From positions 13,090 to 77,089 of the forward strand of contig JAJYUG010000001.1 of NCBI GenBank assembly GCA_021792655.1: 64,000 nt of DNA, given 5' to 3'. The notes below the pieces were generated by a model, which worked only from the letters and a program-made list of their open reading frames with translations, was not told the origin of the DNA and did not search any database. This DNA is from Thermoplasmata archaeon (GTDB lineage Archaea > Thermoplasmatota > Thermoplasmata > Thermoplasmatales > Thermoplasmataceae). Both the position numbers and the translations under genes were made by a program. This document shows positions 31,370-41,290 of the stretch, in pieces (within the stretch, counting starts at the first letter, position 1; each line of letters begins with the position of its first letter).

Positions 31370-32527
31370 ATGAAAACAACTATTTCCCACATCAAGGCTG
31401 ATATAGGAAGCTTGCCTGGTCATTCAAGCGTATACGGGCCCGTAGTAGAAGCGGTAGAAAACTACGTAAAGGATCACAGCAAGGGGATTCTTTCTGATTA
31501 CAGAATATCCCATGTAGGTGACGACATACAGATTACAATGATACATACTCTCGGAATAGACAATTCAGAAGTGCATGGCATCGCCTGGGAAGCATTTAAG
31601 GCCGGCACTGCTCTTGCAAAAAAGGTCGGCTTATATGGTGCTGGTCAGGATCTCTTGAAGGATGCCTTCTCCGGAAACATAAAGGGTATGGGACCGGGAG
31701 TTGCAGAGATGGAGATCACTCCGAGAAAGTCAGAACCCTTCATCGTTTATATGATGGATAAGACAGAACCGGGAGCGTTTAACTTCCCTATTTACAAGAT
31801 GTTTGCAGATCCTTTCAACACACCTGGACTTGTGATCGATCCGAACATGCACGAGGGTTTCATTTTCGAGGTATGGGATATAATGAAAGCCAAGCGGCTC
31901 TTCTTATCCACACCTGAAAATGTATACGACCTGCTCGCTATGATAGGATCAAAGAGCAAGTATGTTATAAAGAGAGTATACACAAAACCAACACACGAAA
32001 AACTCCCAGATGAAAATGTTGCCGTGATATCTACTGATAAGTTATCATTCATAGCGGGAGAATATGTTGGAAAAGACGATCCTGCTGGCATAGTAAGGCT
32101 TCAGTCCGGACTTCCTGCTGCAGGCGAATCGCTTGAGGCATTTTCCTACCCATTCCTTGTTTCAGGATGGATGAGGGGGTCATTCAACGGACCACTTATG
32201 CCGGTTGGCATGAAGGATGCAAAGATGACGAGGTTTGATGGACCTCCAAGAGTGGTTGCCCTTGGGTTCGTACTGAAGGATGGGCTTCTAGCTGGTCCAG
32301 TAGACATGTTTGACGACCCTGCATTCGATGGTGCTAGAAAGACTGCTGTGAACATTGTGGATTATATGAGACGAATGGGCCCCTTTGAGCCGCACCGGCT
32401 TCCGGACGAGGATATGGAGTACACGACGCTCCCCAAGGTCCTGGAAAAACTGCAGGATAATTTTGAAGAGATAGACCAGCCTAAGAAGAAGGAAAAACTG
32501 AAGGTTGCAACCAGAGACATGGACTGA
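31370..32527 (+). CDS. fbp: Bifunctional fructose-1,6-bisphosphate aldolase/phosphatase (FBPase class V)
   Basis: IKADIGS, HVGDDI, LYGAGQDLL, DKTEPGAFN, YVGKDDP, GWMRGS, MEYTTLP. Confidence 0.96.
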   Translation: MKTTISHIKADIGSLPGHSSVYGPVVEAVENYVKDHSKGILSDYRISHVGDDIQITMIHTLGIDNSEVHGIAWEAFKAGTALAKKVGLYGAGQDLLKDAFSGNIKGMGPGVAEMEITPRKSEPFIVYMMDKTEPGAFNFPIYKMFADPFNTPGLVIDPNMHEGFIFEVWDIMKAKRLFLSTPENVYDLLAMIGSKSKYVIKRVYTKPTHEKLPDENVAVISTDKLSFIAGEYVGKDDPAGIVRLQSGLPAAGESLEAFSYPFLVSGWMRGSFNGPLMPVGMKDAKMTRFDGPPRVVALGFVLKDGLLAGPVDMFDDPAFDGARKTAVNIVDYMRRMGPFEPHRLPDEDMEYTTLPKVLEKLQDNFEEIDQPKKKEKLKVATRDMD

Positions 32528-32532
32528 ATCTT

Positions 32533-34518
32533 CTACTTTACTTTTTCTTTTAAATAATTCCTGACGTCATAAAAAAAGATGTTATCATAGGGGCATGCCT
32601 CTATGCATGATCCTGATCCAACACATTTTGAACTTTTGAAAAAACCCTTGGCGATAAACTGACCCGGCAGATCGGCCAGTCCAACCTCACATGCCTTGAC
32701 GCAATCCTTTGTTTTGCACGTAACGCAGGTCTGCGGATTATTGACTTTCAGCTTGAACAGCCCAATTTTGCTGAAAAATCCAACAAATGTTCCGGTTGTG
32801 CACCAGCCATATCTCCTGCAGGGGCTCATTCCAACGAAGGGAATTGAGATAAAGAAGATGTACCAGAGGAAATTCCAGGTGAAAAAGGAGAAAAAGACTG
32901 AGGCGTCAATACCATAAATCGAAAGCCCTGGATTGCCACTTCTCGAATAGTAGAACGAAATGACTGAAACTAATGCAAGTATTATCCACGAACCGGATAT
33001 CAGCGGGAAAATTTTCTTCTTGAACCTGCTTCCAAGGTTGCCCCTGCTTATCTTCGATTCGTAGTTGTAGCTTATCATCTCCTGCCCGAGGGTCCCCCCA
33101 TACATTACAGCCGAAGGGCACAGTGTGCTGCAATAGCTTCTCCTGCCAAATAGCATAGCAAGGATTGCATATATGGCGTAACTTGCGATTACCGGGATTA
33201 TGAAATACGGGTACAGGGGAGAAAGTGCACCGACATTGGCCCACAGGGGGAGATGGTCGTAAAAACCCCTGTCCACAAAGTTTGGACCAATAATCGTATA
33301 AAGGGCGAATGATGCAAGCGCCAGGGAAAGATTGACTCTTTTCTCCTTCCAGGTAATTTTTGTAATCCTTATAACAACAAGTGCCCCCATTTCGATTCCC
33401 ATTATTATCAGGAAAATTGGATTGTTTGCAATCGCCCCTATCAGGTATATGACGTCAACCACCTCAGAGGCAGGAGTGAAGACTTTTACCCCTCCAAGTG
33501 CATTTGAAAATTCAACCAGTGGAGAAACGCCGGTTGAGTGACTGATGAGAAACAGCGAGATAATAGCTCCTGCAGCAAGAATCTCAGATACGAACGATGA
33601 GGCCAAAATCCAGAACATAAGGCGTGGATGCTTCACCCATCCCACCCTCTTTTCTCCGGAGTCATCATACTTGAAAGTCACATTGAAGTAGAGGAACATT
33701 CCCGCAACCATTGAAATACCATAGATAAACCAACCAAACCCAAAGGGTGTGTAGTCGAGGCTACCGGCAAATTCACCCGCCATCATGAATAGAAAGATAA
33801 GGAAAAGCCAGGAGAGTGTTTTCATTTCGGTCAGCTTAATTGAAGTCTTGCGCCTAGATAGCAGTTCATAGAAATAAATCATGAAAAAAATCATGATTCC
33901 GACAGTGATTGTTGATCCTACCCAAATAAATTCAGAATTACCGTCCAGTGTGGGTGAGAACAAGGCCATGGTAAATATCGATAATAGTATGGAGTTTACA
34001 AACCTGGAATGCTTGATGAAGTATGTCACGGAAAGCATTTCAAGTAACATGGGCACTATGAAAAGATAATAGTTCAAGCTCACGCCAAACATGTTCTCAA
34101 ATGCCCCAAGGAAGGTGCCATTGAAATGGTCGAGAAAACCAGGGAAGGCAAGAGAATAAAGAAAGATACCCATAGAAATCTCATTCCAGACCAGGAGGAG
34201 TGAAAACATTGTGGAAGTCCTTCCCGATACCCCGCTGAATTTCCCGAAAACAGCGCTCCAGAATATTGCAATTATTGCTACTGCCATTGATACCATCGAG
34301 AAATTCACAGCAATAATTGTATTGAGAAATCCAGACGGCGTGTCTATGAGGTAGGTGAGTGAATTAAGCATGCTAGCCATCATCGTCAGAATTAGGGAGG
34401 CAACAACAACGTTTTTGAAAGAGAATTTTTCCTTATTTCTGGCTATGTAAACTATAAAAAAAGAAATTATGGCGGTCATGACACCCGCGGTGGAAAGAAC
34501 AGCTATGGTATTCTGCAC
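32533..34518 (-). CDS. Polytopic membrane protein with C-terminal 4Fe-4S (NapH/MauN-like polyferredoxin) domain
   Basis: Many TM helices; GRRSYCSTLCP, PCRRYGWC, CVTCKTKDCVKAC, CVGSGSCIEACP. Confidence 0.85.
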   Translation of the reverse strand: MQNTIAVLSTAGVMTAIISFFIVYIARNKEKFSFKNVVVASLILTMMASMLNSLTYLIDTPSGFLNTIIAVNFSMVSMAVAIIAIFWSAVFGKFSGVSGRTSTMFSLLLVWNEISMGIFLYSLAFPGFLDHFNGTFLGAFENMFGVSLNYYLFIVPMLLEMLSVTYFIKHSRFVNSILLSIFTMALFSPTLDGNSEFIWVGSTITVGIMIFFMIYFYELLSRRKTSIKLTEMKTLSWLFLIFLFMMAGEFAGSLDYTPFGFGWFIYGISMVAGMFLYFNVTFKYDDSGEKRVGWVKHPRLMFWILASSFVSEILAAGAIISLFLISHSTGVSPLVEFSNALGGVKVFTPASEVVDVIYLIGAIANNPIFLIIMGIEMGALVVIRITKITWKEKRVNLSLALASFALYTIIGPNFVDRGFYDHLPLWANVGALSPLYPYFIIPVIASYAIYAILAMLFGRRSYCSTLCPSAVMYGGTLGQEMISYNYESKISRGNLGSRFKKKIFPLISGSWIILALVSVISFYYSRSGNPGLSIYGIDASVFFSFFTWNFLWYIFFISIPFVGMSPCRRYGWCTTGTFVGFFSKIGLFKLKVNNPQTCVTCKTKDCVKACEVGLADLPGQFIAKGFFKSSKCVGSGSCIEACPYDNIFFYDVRNYLKEKVK

Positions 34519-34755
34519 AAATCCAGAGTAATTAATAGTAGATTAAACTATTTCGAACGGTTTCTTGGAAACTTTGCATATTTGCTGAGATGCAGCTTTA
34601 AGATAAAAGTAACACCATTTTGATAGCTGGACGCTCTTGATTTCCATTATATTCTATGTTTATTATATGTTAAGGTAGTTAAAATCGGCTTCCACGAGCG
34701 ATCTGAATGTTGCTGAATCGAAAAAACTTAAATAAAGTAGGTGTATCACAATCCC

Positions 34756-35004
34756 ATGGATGAGAAAGTTTCTAGAATTCTCATTTTCTTCATAGTCTCT
34801 GTTGTGATAGGCATAATCAGCGATCTGCTTCTAGCATATGCTTTCACATCATTTTTCGGCGGCAATCCGGGCTCGCAGACAGCTACAATTGCCGCACCAT
34901 ATATGGCGACTGGTATTGCCAGCGGCGCTTTCACAATACTCTTGCTGCTTTATCCCGTGTTTAAGAAGGCGGATCGATCACATGACTGGGAGGATTTCAG
35001 ATGA
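34756..35004 (+). CDS. Small two-TM protein, probable oxidase accessory subunit
   Basis: 82 aa; stop overlaps the subunit II start (ATGA). Confidence 0.7.
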   Translation: MDEKVSRILIFFIVSVVIGIISDLLLAYAFTSFFGGNPGSQTATIAAPYMATGIASGAFTILLLLYPVFKKADRSHDWEDFR

Positions 35005-35465
35005 ATAAGAAGACAAAGGTAGAACTTATGTGGATACTGGGAGTTATAGCAGTCCTTGCTGTTTCCATGGTCTGGAATATCATGCTGGTGGACAATCAGT
35101 CAGCTGAGATAGCGCAGGCAGATACAGGAAAAATACCCACTGGCCCCTATGTCATAGACGTTGTTGGAAGACAGTGGGACTGGGCGTTTACAAACTACAC
35201 CGGGAACACAACCTATGATGCTTTCACCGTACAGGTAAACCATACGTATACATTGGTAATAACATCGGAGCCCAATCCAGGTTCCACTGCTGTGATTCAT
35301 TCACTTCTAATACCGCAGATGGGGCTGCAATCCTACGCAGTGCCTGGCCAGACTAATGTAATACAGTTCACTCCTACGCACGTTGGGGCGTACTATTTCG
35401 TGTGTGTTGAATACTGCGGTGAATACCACTACACAATGCGCGGATATATGACGGTGGTGAACTGA
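35001..35465 (+). CDS. Heme-copper oxidase subunit II with CuA site
   Basis: GRQWDW, VIHSLLIP, CVEYCGEYHYTM. Confidence 0.93.
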   Translation: MNKKTKVELMWILGVIAVLAVSMVWNIMLVDNQSAEIAQADTGKIPTGPYVIDVVGRQWDWAFTNYTGNTTYDAFTVQVNHTYTLVITSEPNPGSTAVIHSLLIPQMGLQSYAVPGQTNVIQFTPTHVGAYYFVCVEYCGEYHYTMRGYMTVVN

Positions 35466-37144
35466 TGGCACTTTACCTTACGCTTCTCGAATACTCTATC
35501 GCCATGTCTCTTGTAGGAGTTGTGGCTTTTTTCGTTTATTATTTATACAGTTCAAGAAGAGATGCCTTGGCGGAGGATGCTGAGAGCCACGATTACATCG
35601 ATCCAGCCTCGTATGCCCGGGATCAGCTGAAGACAAAGCAAAGATTTGCGGACTGGTCAATCTTCCTGTACAATGACTCCAAAAGCATAGGTCTCAGGTT
35701 CATTTTCACAAGTCTGCTCTTTTTCTTTATAGCGGGTGCTTTCGGCATACTCCTCAGGGTAAGCCTTACAGTCCCCACGCCATCTGTCCTCAGCCCGGAT
35801 CAGTACGACATAGTGCTTACACAGCATGCAACACTGATGCTATACATGTGGGCCATGGGAATCACCGTTGGCCTGGCCTATTATCTGCTGCCAACTGCCA
35901 TAAAAGTCAGGCGGGACAACATGGGCAGCTATTCTTCATTTGCATACTGGATATGGCTTCTGGGCGGAATATTCATAGTTCTCTCCAGATCTTCCACGCG
36001 CTGGTATTTCTACCCACCTCTTGCGTTGCAAGGTACGCTCAGCGGAGCTGGAGCTGATAATTGGCTCGCCATCATCGGCTTGGAAATGATCTTCGTTGCT
36101 ATAATGATCATCTGTATTGTCGTAATACGCATGATACTCATGGACAGGTCAGAGTCTGTAAAGCTTGGAAACATGTCAATATATGCATGGTCTGTCCTCT
36201 TTACCATGATCCTTGCCGTGCTTTCTGCGGGACCTGTTATGATAGCGCTGGGTATGCTGTTCTATGATTTCTTCAATCCTATATTCTTCACAGCATCCTC
36301 AGGTAATGTGCTTCTTTTCACAATTCTTTTCTGGTTCTGGGGGCATCCTATAGTCTATATTCCCGTCATCCCATTCTTCGGCCTCATATATGAAATGATG
36401 CCCACATTCACGGGCAACAAGGTATACAGCTACAGTTCCGCAGTATTTGGCCTTGGGCTTCTTCTTGTCCTAAGCATGCTGGTCTGGGGGCATCATCTCA
36501 TGAACTCGGGATTGGGTGTTGCATGGGACCTGTTTTTCAGCACCGCATCATTCTTCATAGTAATCCCGTCAGCAATTACGGTATTCAATTACATAGCAAC
36601 CATGTGGACTGCCCCACGAATAAGAATGACTACGCCGATGCTTTTCATTATAAACGGGATAATAGATTTCATAATTGGAGGAATCACCGGAGTAATGCAA
36701 AGCAATGTCGGAGTAAACGAGATAGTTCATGGGACTTACTGGGTTACCGGACACTTCCATTTCATATTCCTTGGAGTGACAACCGGAATAGCATTTGCCG
36801 CCTTTTATGTCCTGTTTCCAACATTCACCAGGGGGAGAAAATACAATGAGAGGCTTGCTGGATGGCATTTTGCGCTTACCGCAATCGGATCATTCATTAT
36901 GTCGGTTGCGTGGACAACGGGAGGATTTCTTGGTATGCCCAGAGCTGTTGATGGATACTTCCCATTCTTCCAGCCTTTCCAGGATACTGCAATCCTTGGA
37001 GGATTGATTATAGGGGTTGGACAGCTGATATTCCTTTACAATATCGCAAGCAGCTGGCTCAAGGCCCCATCTACCGACACCTCAAATATTCTTGAACCTG
37101 ATTTCCCGGAACCGTCCGGCAGTGCTGTCTCAGGAGGCAGGTAA
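35465..37144 (+). CDS. Heme-copper oxidase subunit I, B-family-like
   Basis: TQHAT, WYFYPPL, WFWGHPIVY, VWGHH, GHFH, GMPR. Confidence 0.95.
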   Translation: MALYLTLLEYSIAMSLVGVVAFFVYYLYSSRRDALAEDAESHDYIDPASYARDQLKTKQRFADWSIFLYNDSKSIGLRFIFTSLLFFFIAGAFGILLRVSLTVPTPSVLSPDQYDIVLTQHATLMLYMWAMGITVGLAYYLLPTAIKVRRDNMGSYSSFAYWIWLLGGIFIVLSRSSTRWYFYPPLALQGTLSGAGADNWLAIIGLEMIFVAIMIICIVVIRMILMDRSESVKLGNMSIYAWSVLFTMILAVLSAGPVMIALGMLFYDFFNPIFFTASSGNVLLFTILFWFWGHPIVYIPVIPFFGLIYEMMPTFTGNKVYSYSSAVFGLGLLLVLSMLVWGHHLMNSGLGVAWDLFFSTASFFIVIPSAITVFNYIATMWTAPRIRMTTPMLFIINGIIDFIIGGITGVMQSNVGVNEIVHGTYWVTGHFHFIFLGVTTGIAFAAFYVLFPTFTRGRKYNERLAGWHFALTAIGSFIMSVAWTTGGFLGMPRAVDGYFPFFQPFQDTAILGGLIIGVGQLIFLYNIASSWLKAPSTDTSNILEPDFPEPSGSAVSGGR

Positions 37145-37145
37145 T

Positions 37146-37847
37146 ATGAACGGAAGCAAAGGGGGAGTAGCTTTCGCAGTTATTGTTGTTCTGTCTATTG
37201 CTGTTGCGGTTGGATTTGTCATAAGCCCGCAGCCGACGTCAGTTCTTTCGCAGGTAATCCCTCCCAATCCGGCATACACAAATAGCACCACGCTTTATGC
37301 TAACGCAGCCGGCTGGGACACTCCAACACAATATGGAAACACCAATGCCGCAATCCCGGTGAATCCTACCCTCAATTATACGGCGGGAACAGTTGTGACA
37401 TTTACGGTTATTGAAACCGACTCCCTGCCTCACAATCTTTACATAGCGAAGGGTACCAGCGAAAACCTTGCTGCATATTATTCTGTCATCGGGGCCATAA
37501 ACCCTATTCCCGGATCGAAGTACACGGGTGAATGGTACGCACAGACACCGGGGGTTTATACTTACTGGTGTCAGGTTCACCCAACCACCATGGTTGGTAC
37601 CATAAATGTGTTGCCTGCAAATTCGACATCCATCAGCAATAACGTGGTAAAAAGCACTGAATTGGCACCAGTGGGAGTGCACTCCCCTGCTATTCAATTA
37701 AGCATTAGCCATGCAGTAAATATACAGGATGGGTTTTCTGCCATATCCCATAATTCTCTCGTTCTGAATAATTGCCCATGTTTCGCTGATGGTCCTGGAA
37801 TCAATTGGATTCCGATTGAGCAGATAGCCACTGGAATAAGGATCTGA
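37146..37847 (+). CDS. Membrane-anchored blue (type 1) copper protein, sulfocyanin/plastocyanin-like
   Basis: N-terminal TM; PHNLYI and YTYWCQVHPTTMVG supply His/Cys/His/Met ligands; start moved to MNGSKG. Confidence 0.88.
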   Translation: MNGSKGGVAFAVIVVLSIAVAVGFVISPQPTSVLSQVIPPNPAYTNSTTLYANAAGWDTPTQYGNTNAAIPVNPTLNYTAGTVVTFTVIETDSLPHNLYIAKGTSENLAAYYSVIGAINPIPGSKYTGEWYAQTPGVYTYWCQVHPTTMVGTINVLPANSTSISNNVVKSTELAPVGVHSPAIQLSISHAVNIQDGFSAISHNSLVLNNCPCFADGPGINWIPIEQIATGIRI

Positions 37848-37979
37848 GGGTCGCGGTAATGGCACGTTACTTCGCCATAACAATCCTTCCATTCAATATA
37901 TTATCCAGATAAGGTGATAACAGCTGAAATTCAGCAAAGTTAAATTCAGGTTGGAAATCAAGGTTCAGATGGTGGCTGG

Positions 37980-38840
37980 ATGAGCGTAAACAATTTCATG
38001 AGAATCACCAAGGCCGAGATAACAATTTTAATAGACGTTGTCGCAGTCACTGGTTTTCTTGTAGCTCCGCTTGCCAGAACACATCTCCTATTGCTGGTAC
38101 CTCTTCTAGTATCAGGCACACTGGCTTCGATGTCCGCTTCCCTATTCAACAACATATATGACGTTGACATAGATGGCAGGATGAAGCGCACATCATCAAG
38201 AGGTGCCATAATAAATCTCGGAAACAGGAAACTTTATTCCATTATTGCTGTATTGATGCTCCTTGTCTCAATTCCCGTGGCGTTGATCTTCATCAATTTG
38301 CTTACAATGATTTTTATCTTGGGGGGTTTTCTGAGCTATGTTTTTCTCTATACCATTATTCTCAAGCGAAGGACCAAATGGAACATAGTTATAGGCGGCA
38401 TTGCCGGCAGCTTTCCTGCTCTGGCGGGATGGGCTGCAGTAACTAGTTCCGTATCACTCACATCACTTTTCGTGGCATTCCTCGTGTTCATGTGGACTCC
38501 TACTCATTTCTGGAGCCTCGCAGCAGGTAATACTGAAGATTACAAGGCGGCAGGTGTGCCTATGCTTCCGGCAGTAGTCGGAATAAAGAGGGGGGCGGAA
38601 TGGATACTCGCAAACACTATACTGCTTATTGTATATTCGATGATTCCGTTGTTTGTAACAACAATACACCTTGGCATCTTCTACATCCCAATTGCTGCGG
38701 GAATGGATGCCATAATGCTTTATTTCGTGCTGTCGTCCATGGCTAGGAACTATTCCCTTGACGGTTTCAAGAAGGCTTTTCATGCGTCCAATTTCTATCT
38801 GCTGGTCCTGCTTATAGCTATCTGGATTGCTTTCATATGA
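37980..38840 (+). CDS. cyoE: Protoheme IX prenyltransferase (heme o synthase)
   Basis: NNIYDVDID.RMKRT..R, LKRRT.WNIVIGG.AG, WTPTHFW, DYKAAGVPMLP. Confidence 0.95.
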   Translation: MSVNNFMRITKAEITILIDVVAVTGFLVAPLARTHLLLLVPLLVSGTLASMSASLFNNIYDVDIDGRMKRTSSRGAIINLGNRKLYSIIAVLMLLVSIPVALIFINLLTMIFILGGFLSYVFLYTIILKRRTKWNIVIGGIAGSFPALAGWAAVTSSVSLTSLFVAFLVFMWTPTHFWSLAAGNTEDYKAAGVPMLPAVVGIKRGAEWILANTILLIVYSMIPLFVTTIHLGIFYIPIAAGMDAIMLYFVLSSMARNYSLDGFKKAFHASNFYLLVLLIAIWIAFI

Positions 38841-40297
38841 AATTGCGAAGCGATGTACTTGCACTTTCATTTCTTTCGCTGGCTTCAACGGTAACTTTTC
38901 TCGAATTCGGGATAATCTCAAGGGCAATATTCTATGAGAGTTCCGTTTTTGTCGAGTCAATCGTGATATTTACTCCCGCCATAGTTCTGCCATTTATCCT
39001 TTCATTTTATAATTCCCGATTAAAAACCTTGCAATTTTATCTCTCACTAGTTGTGATATCCTATTACGCACTTTTTTTCATATCCGCCCTCTGGGTGCCC
39101 AATTTACTTATCTTTCCCCTGATTTCGCTGGTAATCAATGGTTATATTTTCGTGAGGCATTTCTATTCCGGCAGAATCTCAGTTTATAAGATCGCGGTAT
39201 TCTATTCAGTTGTCTTTATCATGTTCTATCTTTCAGGCCTGTTGAGATTCTATTTCTCCCCCACTCTCTCACCCCCTGTATACGTGGGATCAATATACGA
39301 CGATGAAAGCCCTGCGGGCGTTCCTGCCTTTTTTGCCGGAGCCCTGGTCACATATACCCGCCTTTTTGTGCTTACTGTGAGCTACCAGGCTTTGCTCCTC
39401 TTCACCGGTCTGGCAGCCATACTTACAGAAAACTACACACTGATTTTCAGACACGTAAGGAAGAATGCTGCAGGAAGCAGCGTTAGCGGTTCCCTCACAG
39501 GTGCGCTATCAGTCCTGAGCTGCCAGTGCGAAGGCATAACCGCCGCATTTCCAACGGCAGTCACGCTCCTGATCAGCATTGCCATTATTCCACTCATACT
39601 TGAAAGCATCGTGCTTCTGGCACTCACGAACTCCTTCCTGATCTTCTTTTACATTCGGGGGAGGAGAATAAAGCTAGTCAGATTTCAAAAACTGTTCAGC
39701 CGGAATATGCTGATCTATGTGATTTCCACCGTATTCCTGATCTCCGTTCCCTTTATCGAGACTATTGGTATATATCTGGGGCTTGTCAGGAATCTCTTTT
39801 TCTTTGTATCAATTGATATAGTCATGTTCATTGAGGGCATTGTACTGGTACTGGTAATTTCAAGAGTAATACACTTCTCCAGCATCTCGCGCCTGTTTCT
39901 CGTTGGTCTGACCACACTGTCATTTGGGATGATGTTTGCCTGGTTTGTACCGCCTGTTACTGTCTATGCATACAGTTACTATGACTGGTTTGCCTTCATG
40001 ACCCTGACATCTGTACTATCAGGCATTATAACAGGCTACGTTTACGAAACAATGCAACCTAAGGGCAAGCAGGTTTACATGGAATTCATTACCATGATGT
40101 TCAGCATGTTTGCGATCATACTGTTCTACCTTACAGTTGAGGGCGACCTTGTTCTTTGGAAGGGGCTTGCCGGGCTTGCGGGTCAGTCAACCCTAAGCAT
40201 AGCTATCTGGGTGGTCGCGCTTCCCTTGATGTGGATAGCAACAAATGTAAGCCTGAACTCATATGGAGTTAACAATGATCCGGCAGCCTTGGTTTAG
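38837..40297 (+). CDS. Polytopic membrane protein with a CQC motif
   Basis: 486 aa, more than 12 TM segments; LSCQCEG; overlaps the cyoE stop. Confidence 0.78.
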   Translation: MKLRSDVLALSFLSLASTVTFLEFGIISRAIFYESSVFVESIVIFTPAIVLPFILSFYNSRLKTLQFYLSLVVISYYALFFISALWVPNLLIFPLISLVINGYIFVRHFYSGRISVYKIAVFYSVVFIMFYLSGLLRFYFSPTLSPPVYVGSIYDDESPAGVPAFFAGALVTYTRLFVLTVSYQALLLFTGLAAILTENYTLIFRHVRKNAAGSSVSGSLTGALSVLSCQCEGITAAFPTAVTLLISIAIIPLILESIVLLALTNSFLIFFYIRGRRIKLVRFQKLFSRNMLIYVISTVFLISVPFIETIGIYLGLVRNLFFFVSIDIVMFIEGIVLVLVISRVIHFSSISRLFLVGLTTLSFGMMFAWFVPPVTVYAYSYYDWFAFMTLTSVLSGIITGYVYETMQPKGKQVYMEFITMMFSMFAIILFYLTVEGDLVLWKGLAGLAGQSTLSIAIWVVALPLMWIATNVSLNSYGVNNDPAALV

Positions 40298-40901
40298 ATA
40301 CACATTATTCCTGGCATTTGAGGTAATCATTTTTTCACTCTTTTTCGGCACATATCTGCTGGGTATTTCGCTTCTTTATTATCTGTATCTCGCCCTGACC
40401 CCATTATTCATGATCACCCTCATCTACCTGCGAGGAAACCTGCGGGAAAATCTCAGCAGACTGGTACTTTCCAGGGACATAATAATATTTCTCGTGACAA
40501 TTTCTGCATGGTTCTATATATACGCTGTGTACAGGGATGGAATATCATATCTGGAAGTCATTCTGTATGTTCCTGTTCTCCTTGAGGAAATCAACTTCAG
40601 ATATGTGATGATAAATTATCTTGCTCCGATTGCCAGAGGCGGAATTGCAGTAATATTGCAGGCATTGCTCTACATGGTTTTCTATTCTGCAGTATTGATA
40701 GCCTCACCCGGTGGCTACCCCGGCATTTTTAGCGAGTTTTTCCTGATTGACATGTTCTCGATCGGGTTGATCTATGGATCAATCTACTTCATGAGGAAGA
40801 ACATCTACATCGACATGGCTATTCATTTCACCCTCTGGGCTATGATTCCGTTCACACCAGCATGGTTAATTTGGCTCCCTTACAGCATGGCACCCGCTTG
40901 A
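40263..40901 (+). CDS. CPBP/CAAX-protease-like intramembrane metalloprotease
   Basis: LLEEINFR and KNIYIDMAIHFTL motifs. Confidence 0.75.
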   Translation: MELTMIRQPWFRYTLFLAFEVIIFSLFFGTYLLGISLLYYLYLALTPLFMITLIYLRGNLRENLSRLVLSRDIIIFLVTISAWFYIYAVYRDGISYLEVILYVPVLLEEINFRYVMINYLAPIARGGIAVILQALLYMVFYSAVLIASPGGYPGIFSEFFLIDMFSIGLIYGSIYFMRKNIYIDMAIHFTLWAMIPFTPAWLIWLPYSMAPA

Positions 40902-41290
40902 TCCTCAGATATTGACCTTATGGCGTCTGGGACTTTTTCCTTCTTTCCACCCTTAAGAAAAACAGCGATGGTCTTCCCGTTGCAGTATACATCTCCAGTA
41001 CCTTTTTCATAGATTACGTGTTCAAAAGCAACACTTGTATTCCCAGCCCTGCTTATATACGTCTCCAGAACAGGCGTGGAAAAGAGAGTTATGGCCTTGC
41101 GGTAATCTATCTCCGCCCGGGCAATTACAAAGTTGATCTCGTCTATGTTCCTGAGCATGTCATACTTCTTCAGCAGATCTATCCTTCCAAGCTCAAAATA
41201 GGTCAGGTATACAGCGTTGTTAGCGTGCCCCAGTGTATCCATGTCCCCGTACCTGATCTGCAGATCCACGACGGATTTATGTGCCGGCAT
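40880..41290 (-). CDS. Acyl-CoA thioesterase (4HBT/YbgC hotdog fold)
   Basis: RYGDMDTLGHANNAVYLTYFELGR. Confidence 0.93.
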   Translation of the reverse strand: MPAHKSVVDLQIRYGDMDTLGHANNAVYLTYFELGRIDLLKKYDMLRNIDEINFVIARAEIDYRKAITLFSTPVLETYISRAGNTSVAFEHVIYEKGTGDVYCNGKTIAVFLKGGKKEKVPDAIRSISEDQAGAML

